A stretch of DNA of 64,000 nt, taken from the NCBI GenBank assembly GCA_963821905.1, contig CAWGFP010000011.1, forward strand, positions 165,950-229,949, written 5' to 3'. The stretch comes from Thermoanaerobaculia bacterium. Its GTDB lineage: Bacteria > Acidobacteriota > Thermoanaerobaculia > Multivoradales > JAGPDF01. Shown here piece by piece: positions 39,561-50,099 of the stretch. The notes under the pieces are model-generated. The model searched no databases. It was not told the origin of the DNA and saw only the letters and a list, made by a program, of their open reading frames with translations. Every line of letters starts with the position of its first letter. The first letter of the stretch is position 1. The translations under genes and the position numbers were made by a program.

Positions 39561-42500
39561 CTACTTCCCCTCCACCCGCAGCATCTCCCCCGCCGAGTAC
39601 GCCGTGAACTCCGGCGCGTACATCGACTGCACCGTGGCCGGGCCGACGCGGAAGGTGCCGGCGAGGTTGGCGCGCAGCCGGTAACGAAGGTGTACTCGCC
39701 CGCCGGCAGCCACTCGAAGAAGAAGTTGGTGCCGCTGTCGCGCGATCTCCTCGTAGCAGCCGAGGCCCAGGTCCCAGCTTGCAGCCCGAGGTCGCGACGC
39801 TCGGGCTCGAGGCCCGCCGGCCGCGGGTCGCGCAGGTGCACGTACTCGGCCGCGTGCTGCGGCGCGGAGCGAGAGCTGGACCTCGACCTCGTCGCCGGGC
39901 GCCGAGCCGCGTCGCCGTCGGCGAGCGGCTCGAGCGCGGCCTCGTCGCGCCGCGGCGCACGCGCTGGAAGTAGCGGCGCGTCGACGTGGAAGAGGTCGCC
40001 GCGCGCCTCGGCGGGCAGCTTCTCGGTCGAGAAGTGCCAGGTGGCCGAGGCGAACATCAAGCCCTTGGTCGTCTTCTCGCACCGTCGATCGTCGGCGCGT
40101 CTGCGGCGTCGAGCTTCGTCGCCCGGCACCACGATCTGGTTCTTCTTGCCGGTGTAGCGGTCGGGCTCGAAGACGCAGCCGGGTCGCCTGGCCGGCGAGC
40201 CGCACCGTCGCCTCCTCGCGCGACGCCGAGCTGCCTCTCCTGCTTGAGGTAGTGGGCCAGCGAGTAGAGCACCTCGGCGGTGGCGCGCGTCGACTTCCAG
40301 TGGTTGAGCTTCTTGTTCAGGAACAGCCACTGCACCAGGCCGTCGCGGCGCGGGTCCTTCGGCGCGAGCTCGGTCAGGTGCGCAGCGCGAAGGCGTGGGT
40401 CTCGATGGTGTCGTTGTACCAGAGCCAGGAGCGGTCCTCCGGCGCCCAGAAGGTGCCCTCGTCTCGGGTGGTCTTCGCCGAGTCCATGACGCTGTCGAAG
40501 ACCAGCTTGGCGTCCTGCGGCCGCTCCATGCGCTTCAGGGTGAGCGCCAGATAGCCCTTGAGGTAGCGGCGAGTGCTCCTTCCAGTGCTCGAAGGAGAAG
40601 TCGAGGATCGCGCTTGCGCTCGTCGAGCGGTCAGCGCCGTCGCCCGTCCACGCCGGCGTCGGGGTACGCCGAGGCGACGTAGTTGAGGAAGGTGAGGAGC
40701 TCCCAGCAGCAGTCGTCCTTCTTGCCGATCTCGCGCTGCCACTCCTCGCGGTAGTGCCGCGCCGAGGTAGCTCCAGCCCTGCTGCACCATGTCCTCGCGG
40801 CACCTCGACCCCGAACTCGCGCGGCCTTGGCGAAGCCGTAGAGCGAGGTAGAGCGTCATGTAGGGCGACGGCGGCCCGCCCGGCAACCAGGGGAAGGCGC
40901 CGCTCGGGAGCTGCGCCTCTTCGAGCTTGGCCAGCGCCGCGTCGCGCTGGCCGCGCGCGACCTCGGGTCGAGCACCTTGATCAGGTCGTGCTCGGCGTCG
41001 CCGCTCCGCCGCGCGGCCTCGCGCAGCCACGGCGTCTCCTCGAGCGCCATCTTGCGGTTCGGGTCGGCGGCGTCCCAGGTCTCGAGCTGGGTCTCGCGCT
41101 TCGCCAGCTCCTGCGCCATCTTGGCCACCGCCGGATAGCGTCGAAGAGGCTCGACAGCGATGCCGGTGGAGACGAAGCGGTTGAGCGTCTGCTCGGTGCA
41201 CTCGTAGGGGTAGTCGACCAGGTAGGGCAGCGCTGCGAGCACGCTGTAGAAGAGCTGGGCGTCGAGCGTCACCACCAGCTGCTCGTTGATCCGGGTCGGA
41301 TCGTCGCCGCGCGCCAGGTCGTCGAAGCGTCAGCTCGCGCTGGTCCTCGCCCTTGAGCGCGACGAAGCGCGACTGGGCCAGGTGCATGCGCGACGGCAGG
41401 ACCGGCAGCGGGCGCAGCTCGCCGTCGGAGAGGTCGCCCGCCCGCGCCGTGACCTTGAAGGCCACCGGGCCGACCCGCTGCGGCGCGGTGAGCGGGAAGG
41501 TCAGCGTGGTCGCCCTGCCCGGGCTCGACGCGAAACGCTTGACGGGCCTCGGCGGCGGAGATCCGAACTCGGCCAGCAGGCTCGTCTCGGTCTCGGGATC
41601 GAGGATCTCGAACTCGACCTCGCCGGAGAGCGGCTTCTCGCCGGCGTTGTTGACCACCACCTTGATCGCCGCCCGGTCGCCCTCGCGCAGGAAGCGCGGC
41701 AGGTACGGCCGCACCATCAGCTCCTTGACGCTCTGCGCCTGCTCGCTGCGCGCTGCCCGAGCGCAGGTCCGTGGTGAGCGCGTGCACCCAGACGTTCCAG
41801 GAGGTCACCGAGTCGGGCACGGTGAACTCGAGCGCCGCCGTGCCGTCGGCGCCGGTCAGCAGGTGCGGCTGCCAGAAGGCGGTCTCGGAGAAGTCGCTGC
41901 GCAGCTCGGCGGACTCCGCCGGCGCGTCGGCACGAGCCTCGCCGGTGACGGCGATGGTTTCCTCGACCGCAACCGCGTCCATGGCCTGCGGCGCCGGCGC
42001 CGACTGCCGGCATGCCGCCCACCACACCGCCAGGCACACCGCCCTCGACCCCCGAGGTCTTGGCCATCATGCGCATGCCCATGCCGCCGACGCCCCAGCC
42101 GTCGAGAAGATCAAACGGTCGCCGATGAGCTGCGGCCCTTCCGGCAGCTCGGCCCAGCCGCGCGAGCGCATGTCGTGCGCTCCGGCGGCATGCAACGAGC
42201 GGGTGAGCTGCGGCAGCGAGGCGCGGCGTGGGAAGAGATCGAGAACGCGCGCCGGCCGGTGAGGCGCGAAGAGGTCGAGGCTGCGGTCGTACATGTAGGC
42301 GAGCAGCTCGGCCTGGGCTACCGCGGCGCCGTCCTCGCCCTTGACCGTCACTCGCCAGGTCTCCCGGGCGCCTGGCCGCAGCTTGTCGCGGAAGGTCGAG
42401 AACTCGACCGCGAGCTCGCGGTCGGCCCACGGCACGTCGACCGTGTGCGACTCCTCGATCCACTGGTGGTCGCGCAAGAGCGCAGGCGGAGGACGAATCC

Positions 42501-45500
42501 GCCGCGATCCTCCGCCGCCACCGGGAACTCCAGCACCTGAGGAGCTTCACTGCCGGTCAGCCGGCGGTCTTCGATCCGGCGGCCGTCGCGATAGCGCTCG
42601 ACCACGAAGGCCTGGCCCGGCCAGCCGCCGTGGACGAGCACGCGCACCGTCTCGCCGACCTTGGCGGAGCTCCTCTCGGGCTCGAGCATCGCGGCCAGGC
42701 GCAGCGGAGCGTCGCCTGCGACCACCAGCTCTCTCTGGGCCTTGGCCGGGCGCCGAACTCGTCGTCGGTCTCGTAGCGCAGGCGATAGGCCCCGGCGCGA
42801 GCGCGGGCAAGGCGACCGTCGCCTTGCCGTCCGGGCCGTGGGTGACTTCGCCGCGACCCACCTCGCGGCCATCCTCCCAGAGCGACAGGATCTGCTCGCG
42901 CCGGAACCTCGTGCCCACCGCGGCCGCAGGCGGTCGCCCGGGGTCATGAATCGCGGTTTCTCGCCCGGCGGCGTCGGCACCGGCACGTCGCTCGGCAAGC
43001 TCGGCGCGTCCGGTTGGCGCAGCTCGACCAGCCGCCAACGACCCCTTCCGGCCGCGCGGCACCGTCGAGACTGCGGCGAGCGACGGTCGCGGAAGCGTTC
43101 GGCCGGCCTCCACGAAGCCCTGCGGCAGCTCGATCGAAGCCTCGACCGAAGTGAAGCCGAGACGGAACGAGCGCTCGGCTTCGCGCGTCTCGCCGCCTTC
43201 GTCGCTGACTTCGGCATGCACCTCGTAGAGGTAGGTGAGCCGGTCGCCTCTCCCGCCAGACGCTCGTCGGCCTGGGGCGTGAAGGCGACGCTGAACTGGC
43301 CGTCGGCACCGAGCTGCGCCTCGCCGGCGGCGACCACCTGCGCGCCGCCGCCCGCCTTGGCGTTCCAGCCCCACCAATGCCACCACAGCGGAATGACTTC
43401 CTGCCGGGTTGCCTGCCAGCGCACCGTGCCGCTGGAAACCGGCAGGCCGAAGTAGTAGCGGGCCTCGCCCGGCGAAGCTCGCCGGACGGTTCAGACGGAG
43501 CGCTTCATCGGGGTCCTCGAGCGTCACCTCGAAGGTCGGCCGCTTGTACTCCTCGACCGCGACCTGGGCGGAACCGCCGAGCGAGGTCTCGATCGACCAG
43601 CTGCCCAGCATCCGGCCTCCCGGCACGACGAAAGAACCCGATGCGGTGCCGTACTCATTGGTCGCCACCGTCTGCGTCGCGACCTCTTCGTCGTTGGGAT
43701 CGTTGAAGGTTACGGTGACCGAGGTGCGCGGCAGCGCGCGCGGCGGATCACCGGGCTTGCGGCGATAGGCCAGGATCTTCCACTGCACCGTCTGCTGCGG
43801 CCGGTAGATGCTGCGATCGGTGTAAACCAGCGTCTCGTCGTCGTCCTGCGTGAGGCGCTCGCCCGGGCCCGGCACGTTCTCGATCAGGGCAACGTCGCCA
43901 CCGTGGCGAGCCACCGCGAAATAGGGCAGGTAAGGATGGCCCGAGCCCTGCAGCGCCACGCGGCCCTCGTCGTCCGTGGAGCCCTTGGCGATCTGCTCGG
44001 CGCCGCTCTGCCAGTCGTAGCGATAGAGCGTCACCGCCGCGCTGGGGACCGGCGCGCCGGTGGCGCCCGAAAGGGCGCGAAACTCGATCGGAGCCGACGG
44101 CGCTGAAGCCGCCGCCAGGACCAGATCGCCGACCACGATGGGCACCATCAGCCGATGGTTGCCGCCCTCCACGAAGTCGGGACGCGCGGAAGCGACGACC
44201 ACCCAGACGCCGGCGGTGAGCGGCGGCTCGACATAGGTCGAGTGCTCGCGGTAGTCGGGCGTCGCCGGCAGCTCGGCACGCCATTCCGCATCCGGCCGCC
44301 GGGCAACGAGGGCCTCGGACTCCTGCCAATCCGGCCACAGCGAACGGCCGCGCAAGCGCAGGCGCTGCTCGAGATCCAGGCGGTAGGCCCGCAGATGAAT
44401 GACCGGGAGGTTCCGGTGCTGCACCTGGATCGAGCGGCGGCCGGGCGCGTCGCCCGCCATGCTGGTCAGCTGGTAGACGGGCGCTTCGATCTCGGCCACG
44501 ATGCGGCGGCAAGCCAGGGCTCCCGGCGACTTGGCCGGGGCGGCACGCTCCCCGGCGAGCGCCAGCTCCCGCGCCCGCGCCAAGGCGTCCGGCTCGTCTT
44601 CACCGCGCACGAAATCGGCGAGGGTGGCCTGTCCCATCGCCCACCACGGAAGGCCGGCGAAGCGGTCGAGACGCGCGGCCAGGTCCTCGCGAATGCGGCG
44701 CAGGTCGGCGTCCTGCGAGAACGCTGCGTGCAGCCGCCGGGCGCGCTCCAACCGCGCCTCGAGCTCGCCCTCGCGCTCGCGGCGGCCGCGATGCCAGGCC
44801 TCGAGGTCGGCAACCACGCCGACGGCGCGCTCGATCGGGTGGCGGCTGGAATCGGCGGGATCGAGCTGGGCGAGCCCGGAATCGTCTGCCAACAGGGCGT
44901 CGAGGTCCAGCCGGTAGAGGTCGTTCTCATGCTTCGGCGACCACAGCGCGGTGTCGCCGAGCAGCTCGACGAAGAGATACGACACCGCGTCGCGCAGCGT
45001 GCCGCGGACGCTGCGGGGATAGTTGTTGGCGGCGATGAACTCCGGCCACGCTTCGACCGACAAGCCGCCGAGGACTTCGCGTTCGCGGTAGGCATCGGCA
45101 TAGGCGGCGATGGCGGCGTCGGCGATCTGCCGCGCCGTCCACTTCTTCAAGTCGAGGACCTCGTCGCCTACCACCCGCTCGCGCTGCGAGATCTCCCACC
45201 AGTACGCCTGCTGATAGGTGCGCAGGGAGTGGGCGTAGAAGAGCGACAGGATGGCGCGCTGCTGCGGGTCCTGCGGCCACGGCTCGCCCTTCAGGAATTC
45301 GACCGCGGTTTCGTAGCCGCCGAGCGAAATCCGCAGCTGGGTGGCCCTGACCAGAGCGCGCGTCTGGGTCTCGGCATCGCCGGCCTTCTTGGCGGATTCG
45401 AGCAGCGCGGCGGTTTTCTTCGCCGCTGCCTCGAGCTGCTGCTCGTCGATCAGGCGGTCGATCTCCTTGAACACCGCCGACGACGATAGCGTGGGCCCGG

Positions 45501-45594
45501 CGGCGGAGGCCGTGGCGTCACCGGCACACGCCGAGGTCAGTCCGGCGAGCAACAACGCGAGGCAGGCGGCGGCCGAGCAAGCGCGGAATCTCAT
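39561..45594 (-). pseudogene. alpha-2-macroglobulin-family lipoprotein (~2010 aa) with thioester motif; C-terminal two thirds (39.6-43.5 kb) heavily frameshifted
   Basis: ORF 42547..45594 starts MRFRACSAAACLALLLAGLTSAC (lipobox) and is clean for about 715 codons (YTDRSIYRPQQTVQWKILAYRR, VEEYKRPTFEV). Later MG and A2M blocks are spread over ORFs 42348.., 42067.., 41269.., 40374.., 40856.. (LPYLVDYPYECTEQTLNRF, the thioester), 40057.. and 39561.. (ending ...EMLRVEGK*). Confidence 0.85.
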
Positions 45595-45708
45595 GGCGTG
45601 AGTCTAGACCGGCCCGCCCGTCGTTCGGTTCCCGCGCTTGAAGCGAGCGGCCGCTGGCGCTATTCTCCGCCGGCTGTGTCGCCTCGCCACCCGTCGAAAG
45701 GAGACTCC

Positions 45709-46458
45709 ATGTCCCGCCGTTTGACCCAACTCGCGGCTGCCGCCGCGCTCGCCGCCCTCCCCTCGCTCGCCGCCGCCGACACGCTGCTGGTGCAGAAGCA
45801 GCACACCGACGCCATGAGCTTCATGGGCCACGAGGAGCCGGCCAAGGACGAGACCATCGAGCTGTGGATGGGCAGCGACCGCATCGCCCGGCTCGGCGGC
45901 ATGGTCGACACCGTGGTCCGTCTCGACGAGAAGAAGCTCTACGTCATCAACCGCTCCGAGAAGACCTACAGCACCATCAACCTGCCGTTCGACTTCATGA
46001 GTCTGGTGCCTGCCGACCAGCAGGCGATGATGCAGCAGATGGAGAAGATGATGACCATGGATGTCACGGTGACGCCCACCGACGAGACCAAGCAAGTCGG
46101 CTCGTGGTCGGCCAAGAAGTACCTGGTCACGGTAGCCGCGATGGGCATGAAGATGGACATCATCAGCTGGAACAGCACCGACGTCGCGATCGACTATCCG
46201 TCGTATCGCGAGTTCATCAAGACCTCGTCATCGCTCCAGCCGCGCGCCGACTGGATGCAGAAGTTGGCCTCGATCGACGGCTATCCCGTGCTTCAGGAAA
46301 CCACCATGACCATCATGGGCAAGTCCTTCGGCACCCGCACGCAGCTCGAGTCGGTGACCGAGAAAGCCGCCCCGTCCGGGACCTACGAGCCGCCGGCCGG
46401 CTTTACGGAGAAGAAGTTCGACCCCATGAAGAGCATGCAGCAGCGCGGTAAGAGCTGA
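45709..46458 (+). CDS. secreted Met-rich hypothetical protein (DUF4412-like)
   Basis: From codon 38 of ORF 45598..46458, after an AAAGGAG RBS: MSRRLTQLAAAAALAALPSLAAA (signal peptide). The assignment is by pattern recognition only. Confidence 0.55.
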   Translation: MSRRLTQLAAAAALAALPSLAAADTLLVQKQHTDAMSFMGHEEPAKDETIELWMGSDRIARLGGMVDTVVRLDEKKLYVINRSEKTYSTINLPFDFMSLVPADQQAMMQQMEKMMTMDVTVTPTDETKQVGSWSAKKYLVTVAAMGMKMDIISWNSTDVAIDYPSYREFIKTSSSLQPRADWMQKLASIDGYPVLQETTMTIMGKSFGTRTQLESVTEKAAPSGTYEPPAGFTEKKFDPMKSMQQRGKS

Positions 46459-46477
46459 CCCTCGGCCGACTCCGGCC

Positions 46478-47326
46478 GTGGCGCTCGCGTATCAGGAAGT
46501 CCGCCCGAGCGCCGCGCTGAGGCCGGTCGTCGAGTGCCTCTGGCAAGCGACCGATCGAGCGCCCCGCCGGCGCGATCCCGAGCGGATCGTGCCCGATGCC
46601 TGCCCCGAGGTCATCGTTCACCTCGGCGATCGCTTCAGCCGGCAAGTCGGCGGCCGTTGGCGGCTTCAACCCAGGGCTTTTCTCGCCGGCACGCTGTCGC
46701 GGCCCTGGATTCTCCGCGCCGGCCGCCGCATCGACACTTTCGGCGTGCGCTTCCGGCCGGGAGAGTTGACCCGCATATTCCCGCTCGATCTCCAGCAAGC
46801 CACTGACCGCGAGCTCCCGCTGGGCCGGCTGGCGGGCGCCGAAGGAAGTCGGCTGGTGCGCGCGCTGCGCGAGTCGCGCGACGCCGGCGAGCGCTTCGCC
46901 CGCGCCGACCGCTGGCTGCTCGAGTGTCTCGCGGCGGCTCCGCGCCGCCGGCCGCGACCCACCGGCGCCGCGGTCGACCTCATCCGCCGGAGCCACGGTC
47001 GGCAGCCGATCGCCCAGGTCGCCGAGCGACTCGGTGTCAGCCGGCGGCGCTTGGAACGCGCCTTCGCGCGCGACCTCGGTATCCGCCCCAAGCTCTTCGC
47101 GCGCATCGTGCGGCTGCACGCCGCCCTCGCCCGGTTGGCGGCCGCCGAGCGGATACCGGCCGTCGAGATCGCGCTGGCCGCGGGCTACTTCGACCAATCC
47201 CACCTCCTGCGCGATTTCCGTGGCGTCGCCGGACGCTCGCCGCGCGCCGATCGCGCCCACGACGGCGAGATGGCGCGCCACTTCACCCGTCCCGATCGGG
47301 TGCTCGCCTGGCTGGCCGGCGAATAG
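46478..47326 (+). CDS. AraC-family transcriptional regulator
   Basis: Track ORF 282 aa. The C-terminal HTH_18 region reads IAQVAERLGVSRRRLERAFARDLGIRPKLFARIVRLHAAL...IALAAGYFDQSHLLRDFRGVAG. Confidence 0.85.
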   Translation: MALAYQEVRPSAALRPVVECLWQATDRAPRRRDPERIVPDACPEVIVHLGDRFSRQVGGRWRLQPRAFLAGTLSRPWILRAGRRIDTFGVRFRPGELTRIFPLDLQQATDRELPLGRLAGAEGSRLVRALRESRDAGERFARADRWLLECLAAAPRRRPRPTGAAVDLIRRSHGRQPIAQVAERLGVSRRRLERAFARDLGIRPKLFARIVRLHAALARLAAAERIPAVEIALAAGYFDQSHLLRDFRGVAGRSPRADRAHDGEMARHFTRPDRVLAWLAGE

Positions 47327-47395
47327 ACGATCTGTCGCATTCTTCCTAGCCAGTCGACGGGGCCGCACCTAGAGTCGCACAAAGGGAGGTCAACC

Positions 47396-47869
47396 ATGGC
47401 GGGAAAGAGAATCGGGTTCTGGGCAGGGATGGCCGCGGTCTGCGCCGCCGCCGCAGGCGCCGAGCCGGACATCGCGCAGTTGGGATGGCTCCAGGGCTGC
47501 TGGACCGGAACCAAGGACGGCATCGCGATGCAGGAGCAGTGGACGTCGCCCGCCGGCGGCGCAATCGTCGGCATGCACAAGGACGTCAAGGACGGCGTCA
47601 TGACCTCCTTCGAGTTCCTGCGCATCGCGCCGCAGCAGGAAAAGGGCATCTGTTACCTGGCGTCACCCAAGGGCGCGCCGCCGACGCAGTTCTGCGCCCG
47701 CGCGCTGGGCGAGCGCCGCGTGGTGTTCGAGAACCGCGAGCACGATTTCCCACAGCGCATCGTCTATTGGCTGGACGGCGACGGGCTGCTGCACGCGCGG
47801 ATCGAGGGCCCGATGCAGGGCCAGGAAGTCTCCGAGGAATGGGCGTGGCGCAAGACGCCCGACTGTTGA
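47396..47869 (+). CDS. secreted DUF6265-like (lipocalin-like) protein
   Basis: Track ORF 157 aa with a good AAAGGGAGG RBS and a signal peptide. Blocks are LQGCWTG...EQW and FENREHDFPQRIVYW. Confidence 0.55.
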   Translation: MAGKRIGFWAGMAAVCAAAAGAEPDIAQLGWLQGCWTGTKDGIAMQEQWTSPAGGAIVGMHKDVKDGVMTSFEFLRIAPQQEKGICYLASPKGAPPTQFCARALGERRVVFENREHDFPQRIVYWLDGDGLLHARIEGPMQGQEVSEEWAWRKTPDC

Positions 47870-47891
47870 GCGCTGCTGCTGCGGCGCTAGG

Positions 47892-48254
47892 ATGGGCCGC
47901 ATGCTCCGCTTCTTCGAGTCGCACCGCCAGCCGCTGGCAGCGCCGGCGGTCTTCTACCGCCGCCTGACGCGCTTTTTCGCCGCGGCGATCGGCGCCGTGG
48001 CACTGACGCTGTGCATCGGCACGATCGGCTATCACCGTCTCGTGGGCCTGCCGTGGATCGACGCCTTTCTCGACGCCGCGATGATCCTCGCCGGCATGGG
48101 GCCGGTGGCGCACATCCCAACCACGGCCGGCAAGCTCTTCGCGGGCATCTACGCTTTGTTCTGCGCGTTTCTGCTCATCGTCGTGGGCGGGCTCCTGCTG
48201 GCGCCTTTCTTCCATCGCGTTCTGCACCGCTTTCACATCGACGAGGACTCCTAG
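47892..48254 (+). CDS. small 2-TM ion-channel-like membrane protein with non-canonical pore loop
   Basis: Track ORF 120 aa. The layout is TM1, then LPWIDAFLDAAMILAGMGPVAHIPTTAGKLFAGIYALF, then TM2. This resembles the Ion_trans_2 pore region, but the TVGYGD filter is replaced by LAGMGPV. Confidence 0.5.
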   Translation: MGRMLRFFESHRQPLAAPAVFYRRLTRFFAAAIGAVALTLCIGTIGYHRLVGLPWIDAFLDAAMILAGMGPVAHIPTTAGKLFAGIYALFCAFLLIVVGGLLLAPFFHRVLHRFHIDEDS

Positions 48255-48255
48255 C

Positions 48256-48828
48256 GTGGCGAGGCCACGGGTGCGCTGCGCCTGGTCTCTGAGCGATCCC
48301 TTGCTGGTCTCCTATCACGACGAGGAGTGGGGCCGGCCGCTCCACGACGAGCGCCGGCTGTTCGAGATGTTGACCCTCGAGGGCGCACAGGCGGGACTCT
48401 CCTGGCTCACCATCCTGCGCAAGCGCGAGGCGTATCGCCGCGCCTTCGCCGGCTTCGAAATCGAGCAGGTCGCGCGCTTCGGCGCCCGGGACGTCACGCG
48501 CCTGATGGCCGATGCCGGCATCGTCCGCAACCGGCTCAAGATCGCCGCCACGATCTTCAACGCCCGCGCCGCCCTGGCGGTGATCGAAGAGCTCGGCAGT
48601 CTCGACGCCTACCTTTGGAGCCTGGTCGGCGGCAAGCCGCAGCGCAACCTGCCGCTCACGATGGCCGAGGTCCCGGCCACCACACCGGCTTCCGACGCCA
48701 TGTCGCGCGAGCTGCGCCGGCGCGGCTTCCGCTTCGTCGGCTCGACGATCTGTTACGCCTTCATGCAGGCGGTCGGCATGGTCGACGACCACACCACGGA
48801 TTGCTTCAGGAAGTCGCGGCGGCGCTGA
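48256..48828 (+). CDS. tag: DNA-3-methyladenine glycosylase I
   Basis: Track ORF 190 aa with YHDEEWGRPLHDERRLFEMLTLEGAQAGLSWLTILRKREAYRRAF and ICYAFMQAVGMVDDH, the Tag hallmarks. Confidence 0.9.
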   Translation: MARPRVRCAWSLSDPLLVSYHDEEWGRPLHDERRLFEMLTLEGAQAGLSWLTILRKREAYRRAFAGFEIEQVARFGARDVTRLMADAGIVRNRLKIAATIFNARAALAVIEELGSLDAYLWSLVGGKPQRNLPLTMAEVPATTPASDAMSRELRRRGFRFVGSTICYAFMQAVGMVDDHTTDCFRKSRRR

Positions 48829-50077
48829 CTCGAGCGCCGAGCTCGCCGCGAAAGCGCAGCAGCCAGGCGGCCGAAGCCGCCGCGAAGACCAACGAAGCGA
48901 GCACGACGGCGCCGAAATACGGACCCGCGAAGCGTTGCGCGGCGAGCCCCGCGAACGCCGCCCACAACACGGCGAGACGGAGCAGCTCGCAGGGCAGTGC
49001 CCAGCGCCGGCGGTCGAAGAGCGCGCCTACGGCGACCACCGACCACACCACCGCGCCCGCCACTCCGGCGCGCAGCCAGGGCGCGAGATGCTCGGCGCGG
49101 AAGAGCAGCAGCGTGGTCACCAGGATCGCGACGGTGAACTGGAGGAGCAGATAGACGCTCAGGCCGCCCGGCGGCCGGGCGTCGTACTTGCCGGCCGGTC
49201 CGTGGCTCAACTGCGAAACGAACGGCTTGCCGTAGAGGGCCTGCTTCACCCACGGCGGCTGCCAGCCCGGACCTTTCCACCACAGCTTCACCGCCTCGCC
49301 GAAGCTCGGAGCCTGCCGGCTGGCGCGCGCCAGATCGACGAAGTGGTGGACGTTCGCCCACACCGGGTTCCAGCTCGCGCAGCGGCTTGGTGATGCCGTA
49401 GATCGGCTCCTCTTCCTCGGGCTGGAAGCGTGCCGAACATGCGGTCCCAGACGATCAGGGTGCCGGCGTAGTTCTTGTCGATGTACTTCGGCGTCGCAGC
49501 CGTGGTGAACGCGGTGATGGGACGGCGTGTTGAGCACCCACTCCAGCGGGCCGAGCCTGCCGATCGCCCGGGTGTGGATCCAGAACTGGTAGAGGGTGTC
49601 GATGCTCGAGCAGGTGAGGAAATCGAGCGGCGGAAAGCCGAGCCAGGCGAGCGGCAGGTAGAACACAAAGCTGAAGAGCGGCTGAAATGCGCCCTGGCGC
49701 AACGCCACCGAGAGGTTGAACTCCTCGTCTGAGTGATGAACGATGTGCGCCCCCCACGGCAGGTTGGACTCGTGGCTGACGCGATGGAACCAGTAATAGA
49801 AGAAGTCGACGCCGAGAAAACAGACGACCCAGGTCCACGGCGACGACGCGCTCCACTCGCTCACCCGGAAGCGCTCCCAAACCATGGCGTAGACACCGAC
49901 CAGAATCGAATTGATGAACACGCCCAGCACCTGGTCGAGCACGCCGGTCGAGATGTCGCTGACCGAGTCGTTGAGTCGGTACAACTCTTCCTTGCGCCAG
50001 CGGGCGTAGACCAGCTCCACGCCGATGAGGACGAAGAAGACGGGGATCGAGAGCGCGATGTAGTCGACCGGACGCAT
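48806..50077 (-). CDS. fatty-acid hydroxylase / sterol desaturase-family membrane protein with C-terminal multi-TM extension; short internally out-of-frame segment (about 49375-49500)
   Basis: Track ORF 423 aa with His boxes FHRVSHE, HIVHHSDEE and HHRVHHG. The conserved NPKYIDKNYAGTLIVWDRMFGT block that should follow lies in another frame (ORF 49288..49668). Confidence 0.75.
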   Translation of the reverse strand: MRPVDYIALSIPVFFVLIGVELVYARWRKEELYRLNDSVSDISTGVLDQVLGVFINSILVGVYAMVWERFRVSEWSASSPWTWVVCFLGVDFFYYWFHRVSHESNLPWGAHIVHHSDEEFNLSVALRQGAFQPLFSFVFYLPLAWLGFPPLDFLTCSSIDTLYQFWIHTRAIGRLGPLEWVLNTPSHHRVHHGCDAEVHRQELRRHPDRLGPHVRHASSPRKRSRSTASPSRCASWNPVWANVHHFVDLARASRQAPSFGEAVKLWWKGPGWQPPWVKQALYGKPFVSQLSHGPAGKYDARPPGGLSVYLLLQFTVAILVTTLLLFRAEHLAPWLRAGVAGAVVWSVVAVGALFDRRRWALPCELLRLAVLWAAFAGLAAQRFAGPYFGAVVLASLVFAAASAAWLLRFRGELGARVSAAATS

Positions 50078-50099
50078 GACCGATCGCGAAGTCTACCGC

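Noticed and set aside
47990-48020. Sigma-54 promoter-like strings (TGGCAC...), looked for because two enhancer-binding proteins are encoded here.
   Set aside because: All TGGCAC occurrences I found (e.g. 4848, 18260, 47997) lack a correctly spaced TTGC and lie inside coding regions.
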